64,000 bases of DNA. Source: an uncultured Bacteroidaceae bacterium. GTDB taxonomy: Bacteria; Bacteroidota; Bacteroidia; Bacteroidales; GCA-2748055. The position numbers were made by a program, and so were the translations under genes. This document shows, one piece after another, positions 1 through 9,220 of this stretch; positions within the stretch are counted from its first letter, which is position 1, and every line of letters starts with the position of its first letter. Location: assembly GCA_964563105.1 (NCBI GenBank), contig CAZLXM010000004.1, positions 11,525 through 75,524 of the forward strand, in the 5' to 3' direction. Below the pieces are notes generated by a model, which was not told the DNA's origin, searched no databases, and was given only the letters and a program-made list of their open reading frames with translations.

Positions 1-624
1 AATGCGATAGATTCATTGTTTAATGAATTAAAAAGAGCCCCTTCCGGACATTTTACAACCGGCATTTTTGGAACCAGGTACATTCTTGAGGTATTATCGG
101 AAAAAGGATATATTGACTCTGTTTTTCAGATTGTTAACAGTAGTGAATATCCCGGATGGGGATATATGATAAGCAGAGGTGCCACTACTATCTGGGAAAC
201 ATGGAAGGAAAGTGATAATATTTATTCTAATTGTCATCCTATGTTCGGATCAGTTTCAGAATGGTTCTATAAATGGCTCGGAGGAATAAGGCCGGACCCG
301 GATAATCCCGGATTTAAAAAATTCATAATTGATCCGCATCTGCCTGAGGGGCTTGATTCCATAAGTTGCATATATAGTTCATCAAGAGGCGAAATTGTAT
401 CAAAATGGAAGAAATTTGCCGGCGGGAAAATAGTATTCGAAATTACAGTACCGGCAAAAAGCAATGCTTTTACCAGATTACCTGTAAAAAGTTATCAGGA
501 TATTATTATGACTAAAAATGAAAAAATATTAAAAATCCCTTATAAAGATGATGGCCAAAACCATATAAAAATGAACCTTAAACCAGGGCAATATAATATT
601 GAAATTGTGAACAAAAATCTATAA
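1..624 (+). CDS. alpha-L-rhamnosidase (GH78), C-terminal part; 5' end outside window
   Basis: Frame 1 is open from base 1 (aat gcg ata gat tca ttg...), so the Met at 16 is not the real start. The translation GIFGTRYILEVLSEKGY...SRGATTIWETWKE...HPMFGSVSEWFYKWLGGIRPD resembles the C-terminal catalytic and beta-sandwich end of GH78 rhamnosidases. Confidence 0.8.
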   Translation, partial: NAIDSLFNELKRAPSGHFTTGIFGTRYILEVLSEKGYIDSVFQIVNSSEYPGWGYMISRGATTIWETWKESDNIYSNCHPMFGSVSEWFYKWLGGIRPDPDNPGFKKFIIDPHLPEGLDSISCIYSSSRGEIVSKWKKFAGGKIVFEITVPAKSNAFTRLPVKSYQDIIMTKNEKILKIPYKDDGQNHIKMNLKPGQYNIEIVNKNL

Positions 625-694
625 TATCAAAACTTGCTGCAATTTTCTGAATAAAACTATTACAGCTATAAATTAGGTTATACTATCTTTAAAC

Positions 695-2083
695 CTAGCC
701 CCTCTTTTTGATACTGGCAGAATTTTTATGAATTTTTTCTATTGCATTATAAATATCATCCATGTCATTAAAAGTTCCAAGCAGCATATTTTGGGAAAAC
801 CATACACCTTCTTCATTACAGAGACGATCATTATCAGGGCACTGATTTTTTTCAACATAAGTTTTAAAATCCAGCATCTTTTTTGGATACATTAATTTAT
901 AATTCTTAGTCTGAAAAGCATCATTCAGGTAAGGCATTTTATTTAAAGGCTGATATCCGCTTGAAGAAGGTATTCCCTCGGCCCGTAAAGCACCACGGAA
1001 TTCTTCCCTGGACAAATTGTTGAATTCCTCTTTTTTATACCTGAAAGGGAAGAGATGATAAGCAGCCCTTGTAACATTGGGATAAAGCTTATGTGGAAGA
1101 ATTCCAGGTATTTTAGACAATTTCTCCCTTAAATAATCAGCATTCTGGTTCCTTATGGTAGTTTGGCTGTCAAGCCTTTTTAATTGCATTAATCCAATAG
1201 CAGCCTGATATTCAGTCATTCTCAGATTATTTGCTGTAATCACATAACTTCCGGAAACAGAATCAACCATTTTTCCATAAGGACGACCACAATTATGGTA
1301 AGAATGACAAAGATCCATAAATTCATCATTATCACTAACAATAGCACCACCCTCTCCGATTGGAAGATGTTTTGAATTCTGAAAACTAAAGCATCCGGCA
1401 TCTCCAAAAGTACCTACCTTTTTATTATTAATTTCAGCAAACCAGGCCTGACATGCATCTTCCACAACAATTAGCTTATGTTTACGGGCTATTTCCATTA
1501 TTCTGATCATATCGGAAGGTAAGCCAAGTATATGAACAGGTAATATTGCCCTGGTTCTTGGAGTGATCTTCTCTTCTATCTTAGCCGGATTTATCTGGAA
1601 TGTATCTAAATCAACATCAGCGAAAACCGGCATGGCTCCCACCTCAATAATAGCAGAAATGGTAGCTATAAAGGTATATGGAGTGACAATCACCTCATCG
1701 CCTCCGCCAATTCTTAACATTTTAAGGGCAATGATCAAAGAATTAGTGCCATTTACTGTTGCAAGACATCTCTTAGCACCCAGTGCTTCGGCCCACTGTT
1801 TTTCAAATTCTGTTACAAGACTGTTGGTAACTCCGGCCCGTGACCAGACTCCCTTTCTTAAAACATCAATAACAAATGGTTCATCAGCCACAGGGTCCCA
1901 CATGGGCCAATTTGGCCAGCCTTTGGTGCGAACAGGCTGTCCGCCTAAAATTGCAGGTACTGATGAAACTTTAGCACTAGCAGCATTTAAAGAAATGTTA
2001 CTGCCTAAAGAAGCAATAAGGCCTAGTCCGGTCAATGAATTCTGCTTAATGAATTTTCGCCGTGTATAATCTTTTTTTCTCAT
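695..2083 (-). CDS. DegT/DnrJ/EryC1/StrS-family PLP enzyme with an N-terminal twin-arginine (Tat) signal
   Basis: The N-terminus MRKKDYTRRKFIKQNSLTGLGLIASLGS...AASA has an RRxFxK motif followed by a hydrophobic stretch. The core has GTNSLIIAL, DEVIVTPYTF and FSFQNSKHLPIGEGG, which includes the PLP-lysine context typical of the DegT family. Confidence 0.85.
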   Translation of the reverse strand: MRKKDYTRRKFIKQNSLTGLGLIASLGSNISLNAASAKVSSVPAILGGQPVRTKGWPNWPMWDPVADEPFVIDVLRKGVWSRAGVTNSLVTEFEKQWAEALGAKRCLATVNGTNSLIIALKMLRIGGGDEVIVTPYTFIATISAIIEVGAMPVFADVDLDTFQINPAKIEEKITPRTRAILPVHILGLPSDMIRIMEIARKHKLIVVEDACQAWFAEINNKKVGTFGDAGCFSFQNSKHLPIGEGGAIVSDNDEFMDLCHSYHNCGRPYGKMVDSVSGSYVITANNLRMTEYQAAIGLMQLKRLDSQTTIRNQNADYLREKLSKIPGILPHKLYPNVTRAAYHLFPFRYKKEEFNNLSREEFRGALRAEGIPSSSGYQPLNKMPYLNDAFQTKNYKLMYPKKMLDFKTYVEKNQCPDNDRLCNEEGVWFSQNMLLGTFNDMDDIYNAIEKIHKNSASIKKRG

Positions 2084-2440
2084 AAGATAATAAGTTGGTA
2101 ATTATTGTATAACTCTGAAGTTGGAATTTTAAAAAAGTAAAACTTTAAAACAAATTTAATTATAAGTTATCAGAAAGTCAAGAACTGAATGACCGGGTGC
2201 CGCTTTAATTAAAATAAACAATTGTGCGCTTAAACTTTATGATAAAAGTGTTGATTGTAACAAAAGAACAAATTATATATAATACTAATGAACAAGATAT
2301 TAAAAACCTTTTCGTATCGAAAAAAAATCTGCTATTCAGAATTTTAAAATCAAATTTCAACAGGCTTGTTCATATTACAGAAACTTTTCCATTTTTAAAA
2401 ATTTTCGGAAAATTTCACTTTCAAACTATTATTTTAATAC

Positions 2441-2448
2441 TACTTTTG
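2441..2448 (+). promoter_or_regulatory. candidate Bacteroidota sigma-A -7 box (TACTTTTG = TAnnTTTG)
   Basis: An exact TAnnTTTG match ends 37 nt upstream of the ATG at 2485. I found no clear -33 TTTG. Confidence 0.3.
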
Positions 2449-2484
2449 TCAAAATGATTTTTTTTTCATATTAATACTTATAAA

Positions 2485-3786
2485 ATGAACTTACAATCGA
2501 AAGAACTCAATCAAATTATAAATCAAAACAGCCCTGTTATTTTTAGTTTGTTATCATCACGGGGGAAAAAAACATATTTTCCCAGGAAAGGAATTCTTGG
2601 TCAATCAGCCGAGGCCCGTGGAAAAAAGATAGATGCTACTATTGGTACGGCTATCGAAGATGATAAGTCACCAATGAGGCTGAAAAGTATTGAAAAGAAT
2701 TTGAATATATCTCCTTCACTGACTTTTCCTTATGCGCCCAGTTATGGTCGACCGGATATTCGTTTGAAGTGGAAAGAAATGATATATTCAAAGAATCCGC
2801 AATTAAGCGGTACTGAAATTAGTCTTCCTGTAGTTACAAACGCACTTACCCATGGTTTAAGCATAGCAGGATTTTTATTTATCAATAGCGGAGATCAATT
2901 AATTATGCCCGACTTGAACTGGGACAATTATAGCCTGATCTTTTCTGAAGGTTATGGCGCGAAAATACAGACATTCAATACATTTACAAACAATGAATTT
3001 GATGTGGGGTCGATGGAAAAAGCATTAAACAAGGGTAAAGCAGGCAAAAAGATTTTACTTTTAAACTTTCCCAATAATCCTACGGGCTATACGCCGTCTG
3101 TCAATACTGTCCGTTCAATAGTTTCAGTTATAAAAAAAAGTGCTGATGCCGGGAACAGAATGATTATTCTCTGTGATGATGCTTATTTCGGTTTGGTTTT
3201 TGAAGATGGAATTGAAACTCAGTCAATATTCTCATTTCTGGCAAACCTTCATGAAAATGTACTTGCTATTAAACTGGACGGACCAACTAAGGAGGATTAT
3301 GTATGGGGATTCAGGGTTGGTTTTATAAGCTATGGTATAAAAGGGGGATCACAGGCTTTATATAACGCTTTAGCCGATAAAACTGCAGGTGCCATCAGAG
3401 GAAACATTTCGAATGCTTCCAATTTATCTCAATCTTTATTATTAAATGCATGGGAAAGCGGGGAATATATGAATGAAAAGCAGGAAAAATTTAATATTCT
3501 TAAAAAAAGATATATAAAAGTCAAAGCCGCATTATCAAATGGTAAATACAATAAACATTTCAAAGCATTTCCATTTAATTCCGGTTATTTTATGTGTATT
3601 AAACTTTCCGAAAATTTAAACGGTGAAGAAATAAGACAAATACTTCTAAAGGATTATGAAACAGGCGTAATTTGTTTTGGAAATATTTTAAGGATTGCAT
3701 TTTCTGCTGTAGCTGAAAAAGATATAGATGAGCTTTTCTTTAATATATTTCAGGCTTGCGAAAAATACAGCAAGCTTAAAAACTAA
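2485..3786 (+). CDS. class I/II PLP-dependent aminotransferase
   Basis: 433 aa. LLLNFPNNPTGYTP and DDAYFGLVFE are typical of fold-type I aminotransferases. Confidence 0.8.
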   Translation: MNLQSKELNQIINQNSPVIFSLLSSRGKKTYFPRKGILGQSAEARGKKIDATIGTAIEDDKSPMRLKSIEKNLNISPSLTFPYAPSYGRPDIRLKWKEMIYSKNPQLSGTEISLPVVTNALTHGLSIAGFLFINSGDQLIMPDLNWDNYSLIFSEGYGAKIQTFNTFTNNEFDVGSMEKALNKGKAGKKILLLNFPNNPTGYTPSVNTVRSIVSVIKKSADAGNRMIILCDDAYFGLVFEDGIETQSIFSFLANLHENVLAIKLDGPTKEDYVWGFRVGFISYGIKGGSQALYNALADKTAGAIRGNISNASNLSQSLLLNAWESGEYMNEKQEKFNILKKRYIKVKAALSNGKYNKHFKAFPFNSGYFMCIKLSENLNGEEIRQILLKDYETGVICFGNILRIAFSAVAEKDIDELFFNIFQACEKYSKLKN

Positions 3787-3881
3787 AATCTTTATAAATA
3801 CTTTAAAACTAAATATTTTTCAGATCTGAATTTTTTTTAAAATACTGAACTATTTGCAGATAAATTAAAGGCTCTTTGAGT

Positions 3882-5039
3882 TTATAATCTGTCTTCCAGT
3901 ATATCCCTTAATACCTGAAGCGTAACCAAGCCTCTGTCTCCGGTTTTAAACCATCCGCGCCTTTTAAACCTCCCGACAATTGCATCAATTGTCTCCTGCC
4001 CTGCACCATAATCACTAAGTTTTGTTTTAACACCAAGAGATTCAAAAAAATCAACTGTCTTATTTATTGCCTTGTCAATACGGTCATTTTCATCACCCTC
4101 TGTAATATTCCAGACTCTTTCTCCATATTGCAATAATTTTTCTTTTTTCTCTTCCCGTAATACATTCCACAAGCCGGGAAGCACAATTGCCAAGGTACGT
4201 CCATGATCAATATTATGGAGGGCAGTTAATTCATGTCCGATATTATGTGCTGTCCAGTCTGTTGGAACCCCGCAGGCAATCAGGCCATTAAGTGCCATAG
4301 TTGCAGACCACATAAGATTTGACATTGCCTTATAATCTGCCGGATCTTTATATGCTTTTGGCCCTTCTTCTATAAGTGTCAATAATATAGCTTCAGAAAA
4401 TCTGTCCTGCAAAGGTGCATTTACCGGGTAAGTAAGATATTGCTCAATAACATGGATAAATGCATCCACGACCCCGTTAGCTACTTGATTCTCAGGCAGG
4501 GAGGCTGCTGCATCAGGTAATAATACCGAAAACCGGGGAAAAACCAAAGTTGACGAAAATGGAAACTTTTCCTGTGTTGATATCCTGCTTATTACTGAAG
4601 TCATATTCATTTCAGATCCTGTAGCCGGCAAAGTTAATATTGATGCCAAAGGTAAAGCAGCCTTAACAGCTTTGCGACGGCTCAAAATTTCCCAGGGATC
4701 TCCCTGATCGTACAAGGCTGCTGCTGCAATAAATTTTGTTGCATCAATTACTGAGCCTCCGCCAACAGCAAGGAGATAACCCACATTATTAATTTTAATC
4801 TGATCTACAGCTTTCATGCAGGTTTCATATGAAGGATTTGGCTCAATACCTCCAAATTCTGTCAAGCCCCTTCCTGGCAATGATTCAATAACCCGCTCAT
4901 AGACGCCATTTCGGAATATACTTCCTCCTCCATATAATAACATGATTTTTTGATCTGAAGGAATAAGCTCTGAAATCCTGCTTAACTGATCCTTACCAAA
5001 AAGTACATTTACCGGGTTATAAAATTCAAAATCTTTCAT
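3882..5039 (-). CDS. iron-containing (group III) alcohol dehydrogenase, YqhD/butanol dehydrogenase-like
   Basis: 385 aa. The motifs are GGGSVIDATKFIA, the metal-binding region DAFIHVIEQY and HNIGHELTALHNIDHG. Confidence 0.85.
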   Translation of the reverse strand: MKDFEFYNPVNVLFGKDQLSRISELIPSDQKIMLLYGGGSIFRNGVYERVIESLPGRGLTEFGGIEPNPSYETCMKAVDQIKINNVGYLLAVGGGSVIDATKFIAAAALYDQGDPWEILSRRKAVKAALPLASILTLPATGSEMNMTSVISRISTQEKFPFSSTLVFPRFSVLLPDAAASLPENQVANGVVDAFIHVIEQYLTYPVNAPLQDRFSEAILLTLIEEGPKAYKDPADYKAMSNLMWSATMALNGLIACGVPTDWTAHNIGHELTALHNIDHGRTLAIVLPGLWNVLREEKKEKLLQYGERVWNITEGDENDRIDKAINKTVDFFESLGVKTKLSDYGAGQETIDAIVGRFKRRGWFKTGDRGLVTLQVLRDILEDRL

Positions 5040-5127
5040 TTCGATTATTTTAATATTATTCTAGCTTAAACAAAAAACTTATAAAATGGTTTTTAATGAT
5101 CTGTGCTGACAAAAATATCATTTAGGG

Positions 5128-6795
5128 ATGATATCAGCAAATACTTATTTTTATATTACCTTCGCAGCTATTATGTTATCAAATCCCTGTTCATCAGAAA
5201 TAATATGGCATACCTCAGGAAATGGAGGAATAGTAGCAGCAGGGCCAAAATCATCCGTTCAGGCTGGCCTGGATATCCTGCGAATTGGAGGCAATGCAGT
5301 TGATGCTGCCGTAGCTGTTATCTTCAATCTCGCTATTTCAGATTTTGGAAGCTTTTGCATTGGAGGAGAAGTCCCTCTTATGTTTTACAATGCTGAAACA
5401 AAAAAGGTAAAAGTATTTAACGGAATGGGAGGGGCTCCGCTGGATAAAAAAGCAATTGACTGGTTTTACAAAAATGGTATACCTCAAGAAACAAAGGGTA
5501 TTAGAGTTTCTGCGGCCCCCAGTGCTATAAGTACATGTATGAAGGCCCTTGAAATAAATGGAACATTATCTTTCCGGGAGATCATTCAATCTGCACTTAA
5601 ATTTACGGATAAAAACAGTTTCGATTGGTATGGCAATTTGTTACAAACATTCCAAAAAATGGCCGAAACTGAAAACAACACTTCCGGTAGCCGGGAAACA
5701 AAGATACTTGCAGCCAGAGACCGTTTATATAAAGGCGATCTTGCTGATGAACTCAATGATTTCTACATTAACTCGGAGGGATTTTTAAGAAAATATGATC
5801 TGGAAAATCATGAAACAATTGTGGAAGAAGCGGTTTCGATAAATTACAGAGGATACACAATAAACAAATGTAATACATGGACCCAGGGGCCGGTACTTCT
5901 CCAGACACTTCGCTTACTGGAGCCTTTTGATCTCAAATCCATGGGTTTTATGTCACCAGATTATATTCATGTAGTCACTGAAGCAATGAAACTTGCTTAT
6001 GCGGACCGAGATAAATATTATGGTGATCCGGCTTTTACAGATGTTCCCCTGAATGAATTACTATCGGATCAATATACACAAATCCGTCTTTCCCTGATAG
6101 ATATGAAAAAAGCATCTCATTTGATACAACCCGGAGATCCATATAATATGCAGGCATTAAATGGCGAAGGTCAATTTTTTCCGCCAGTAACAGGCACCAC
6201 TACATGTGTGGTAATTGATAAATGGGGAAATGTTGTTGCTGCAACTCCCAGTGCAAACGGTATTTATAGCATTTGCAAAAAACTTGGCCTGGCTCATAAT
6301 ACAAGACTAACAAGCTTTAACACTCAAAAAGGTCATCCAAATGCCATAGAAGCAGGTAAGCGCCCCCGAATAACACTTACTCCCACTATCGTTTTAAAAA
6401 ACGAAAAGCCTGTGCTGATCCTTAGTGTCGCAGGAAAAGACATGCAGGATCAGGTTAGTTTACAATTATTATTAAATTATATTGAATTTAATAAAATGCC
6501 GCATGAAGCTATTTCTTTACCAAGATTTCACACTTTTCATATGGAAGATTCCTTTAATCCTCATCCAATTGCCGGGAAAAGATTTCAACAGGCAGCAATT
6601 ATTGAAACTGATTTTCCAAATCAAAAGGTAATTAAAGATCTTCAAAAAAGAGGACATATAATTAATAGTGTTCAGGGGCCCATAGCTTATCCTGTAATGG
6701 CCTGTTTTGATCATACGAGCGGAATTTCCAATGCTGCCGCAGAACCCTTATATTGCAGGATAGATAAGAGAGGAAAGTTTTGCGGGGCACTATAA
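5128..6795 (+). CDS. gamma-glutamyltranspeptidase-family (Ntn hydrolase) protein
   Basis: 555 aa. It has GGNAVDAAVA near the N-terminus and a putative autoprocessing or nucleophile site at VTGTTTCVVIDKWGNVVAATPS. Confidence 0.75.
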   Translation: MISANTYFYITFAAIMLSNPCSSEIIWHTSGNGGIVAAGPKSSVQAGLDILRIGGNAVDAAVAVIFNLAISDFGSFCIGGEVPLMFYNAETKKVKVFNGMGGAPLDKKAIDWFYKNGIPQETKGIRVSAAPSAISTCMKALEINGTLSFREIIQSALKFTDKNSFDWYGNLLQTFQKMAETENNTSGSRETKILAARDRLYKGDLADELNDFYINSEGFLRKYDLENHETIVEEAVSINYRGYTINKCNTWTQGPVLLQTLRLLEPFDLKSMGFMSPDYIHVVTEAMKLAYADRDKYYGDPAFTDVPLNELLSDQYTQIRLSLIDMKKASHLIQPGDPYNMQALNGEGQFFPPVTGTTTCVVIDKWGNVVAATPSANGIYSICKKLGLAHNTRLTSFNTQKGHPNAIEAGKRPRITLTPTIVLKNEKPVLILSVAGKDMQDQVSLQLLLNYIEFNKMPHEAISLPRFHTFHMEDSFNPHPIAGKRFQQAAIIETDFPNQKVIKDLQKRGHIINSVQGPIAYPVMACFDHTSGISNAAAEPLYCRIDKRGKFCGAL

Positions 6796-6866
6796 ATGTA
6801 ATAACTGATAAAGAAAAAAGTAAAAAGCTGAATATAAAGAAAAAAACAGCAGGTGGAAAAGACATT

Positions 6867-7742
6867 TTAATCTTCCAGAAAGCCAAATTTTCCGTTGTAA
6901 AAATCCTCCCAGGCCTGTTTGATCTCTTCCATAGTATTCATCAGGAAAGGCCCCCTGCTTACCAATGGCTCATCAATTGGCTCACCACTCATTACCAGAA
7001 CTTTACAATTATGTGAAGCCTCAATTTGAATCAATTCATCTAAATTTTTAAAAAGGACAAATGAACTTTCAGCTGCACTGATTTCATTGTTTACTCTGAT
7101 CTCTCCCTGTATAACCAATAAACCGGTATTGTGATTTTCCGGAAGTGAAAAATCTATAAATGAATCTTTTACCAATGAGATATTAAAAAGATCAATAGGC
7201 ACAAAACTTTTTGCAGGTCCGCTAACACCTTTGAATGAACCTGAAATAACTTCAACCTGTCCTTTTCCTTTGTCCAGTACATATTTTCCCAGTTTGTGAT
7301 TCTCAATTGCCTGATATGCCGGAGCTGTCATTTTATCCTTTTTTCGAAGGTTTACCCATAACTGAACCATTTGCATATTACCCCCTTTACGGCTAAACTC
7401 TTTTTCATGATATTCATTATGAAGCAATCCGCTGCCTGCTGTCATCCATTGAACATCGCCTTCACCAATTACACCACCATTACCGGTACTATCATGATGT
7501 GCGATTTTTCCCTTATAGGCAATGGTAACTGTTTCAATTCCGCGATGCGGATGAGCACCAACTCCCCTGGGCTTCTCACTGGGAGGAAAATAGTATTCCG
7601 GATTATAATCAAGAAGAAAAAAAGGGCTCATTCTTTTTTCACCGTAACGCGGAAAGAAATTATGTACCCTGAATCCATCCCCTACCATATGGCTGGGCGG
7701 AAGAGGTATGATCGATTCAATTTGTCTGAAATTATTATCCAT
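6867..7742 (-). CDS. pirin-family bicupin protein
   Basis: 291 aa. It has HPHRGIETVTIAYKG...HHDSTGNGGVIGEGDVQWMTAGSGLLHNEYH and the C-terminal pirin domain GPFLMNTMEEIKQAWEDFYNGKFG. Confidence 0.9.
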   Translation of the reverse strand: MDNNFRQIESIIPLPPSHMVGDGFRVHNFFPRYGEKRMSPFFLLDYNPEYYFPPSEKPRGVGAHPHRGIETVTIAYKGKIAHHDSTGNGGVIGEGDVQWMTAGSGLLHNEYHEKEFSRKGGNMQMVQLWVNLRKKDKMTAPAYQAIENHKLGKYVLDKGKGQVEVISGSFKGVSGPAKSFVPIDLFNISLVKDSFIDFSLPENHNTGLLVIQGEIRVNNEISAAESSFVLFKNLDELIQIEASHNCKVLVMSGEPIDEPLVSRGPFLMNTMEEIKQAWEDFYNGKFGFLED

Positions 7743-8179
7743 GAAAAAAAATTTAGTTATATCATTATTAATTAACCAACTATAACAGAACCTTTAAATA
7801 TTTTATTTCCAATATTCACAAGCTTAGCACAATTTAACAAGTCAGTTTATAATATCTTGTGCCTGAAAGGAAATACGCATTTCTATGTTAATGAAGATTA
7901 CTCTCTTTCAAATACATTAGTTACAAAACAAATGCCCGTGAATTTTGTTCTAATCAGACAATTACTCTAATTACAAAAGTAAACTCTCATATTTAATTTT
8001 TTTATTTAATTTAGCAGCTTCTACCGAATAATAACCCTTTGAGAAGTTTCCCTATTCATATTTGCACTTATAAATCATTTTTTGCGAAAAAGAATAACAG
8101 ACTTTCTAATATTTTCCGCAATAAAAATTATATTTCACTTGTCATTAAAAATCGTTGCAACAGATTTAATAAAGTCTTA

Positions 8180-9217
8180 ATGACCATCGGATTTATTTTA
8201 TCTCCATACCTGCTATATTCTCAAAAATTTTTGACCGATACAATATATATTGATTTTCAGGGAGATTCTATTCTGGATGTCAGTCATTTATGCATAAAAG
8301 AGATTGTGGATAAAAGAAACGAAAATCCAAACTTTGTAATGTATCAAACAAGGAATAAGTTATTGATTTTCCCGGTTGACCTGGAGATTTTTACAACAAA
8401 ACCACTGACTGAGGCCCTGATTAGGGGACTTAATATTGACTGCAATGGCAGCACAGGTTTCTCATTGCATATAAATAAATTTGAAATTGAAAAAAGAAAA
8501 GGCAGGTTTAGTTCATCAACATTCCTTGTTGCAGACATTCCGGTGTATGAATATAAAAATGATTCAGCTTATTATCGCGGAACTTTTTATTATGATCATG
8601 AATATATTCCTTTAAATAAAAAGGAATCATCTGCCGGATCAAAAGAAAATCTGCTTTATAATTGGCATACAACTTTTAAAACCGATCTTCTTAGATTGAA
8701 TATTTTAAATTTAAATGATTCAGAAACTCTTCCCGCAAATCTGATTATTGACCCTTTAGTCAAACCTTTATATTTACATATTCAGGCAACAGCCATTGCC
8801 GGGCTTAAGTGGTATGGTTTTCAGGGAGAAATGTTCTTTACAAGGCCTGAGGTACAGTCTTTGAATAAAACAAGATCAGGAATTGTACGTTATCAGAATA
8901 ACCCGGATTATGAATCTCTTGGAATTGGCCGAAATTCAGAACATATTAACCTGAGGGTCAACAAGAACTTTCTATTCGATGCAGATTTAAATATTCTGAT
9001 TGGATTCCTGAAATGGAAGGAAGTTACAACTCAAAAACCAACTTTATATCAAATAATTAATGCAGAATTATCATCTATTCAAAGTATAGATTTTAACCAA
9101 CAAAATAAAAAAGGCTTTACAACCCGTATTGGGATAATGGAAAGCCTCGCATATATTTATAATAAAAAATTAAGGTTTCAGGCAGGTGCCGTTATAAGCC
9201 TTGGATATAAGTTTTAA
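8180..9217 (+). CDS. hypothetical protein upstream of the TonB-dependent receptor
   Basis: The long ORF in the track starts at a TTG (8039). The first ATG, at 8180, gives MTIGFILSPYLLYSQ. I recognise no family. It ends 3 nt before the next gene. Confidence 0.45.
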   Translation: MTIGFILSPYLLYSQKFLTDTIYIDFQGDSILDVSHLCIKEIVDKRNENPNFVMYQTRNKLLIFPVDLEIFTTKPLTEALIRGLNIDCNGSTGFSLHINKFEIEKRKGRFSSSTFLVADIPVYEYKNDSAYYRGTFYYDHEYIPLNKKESSAGSKENLLYNWHTTFKTDLLRLNILNLNDSETLPANLIIDPLVKPLYLHIQATAIAGLKWYGFQGEMFFTRPEVQSLNKTRSGIVRYQNNPDYESLGIGRNSEHINLRVNKNFLFDADLNILIGFLKWKEVTTQKPTLYQIINAELSSIQSIDFNQQNKKGFTTRIGIMESLAYIYNKKLRFQAGAVISLGYKF

Positions 9218-9220
9218 TAA

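Noticed and set aside
1563-2069. A 168-aa ORF antisense to the DegT-family gene. Similar antisense ORFs occur at 7371-7775, 9505-9825, 16082-16471, 34064-34477 and 35934-36350.
   Set aside because: Each lies entirely inside a well-supported gene on the opposite strand. Their translations are low-complexity with no recognisable motifs, so they are typical shadow ORFs.
2224-2457. A 77-aa ORF in the gap before the aminotransferase gene.
   Set aside because: It has a GTG start and an extremely AT-rich, Ile/Lys/Phe-dominated translation. It also contains the candidate -7 box for the downstream gene. It is more likely a promoter region than a gene.
5103-5303. A 66-aa ORF overlapping the start of the GGT-family gene.
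   Set aside because: It is out of frame with, and nested in, the 5' end of a convincing 555-aa gene. It has no motif support.
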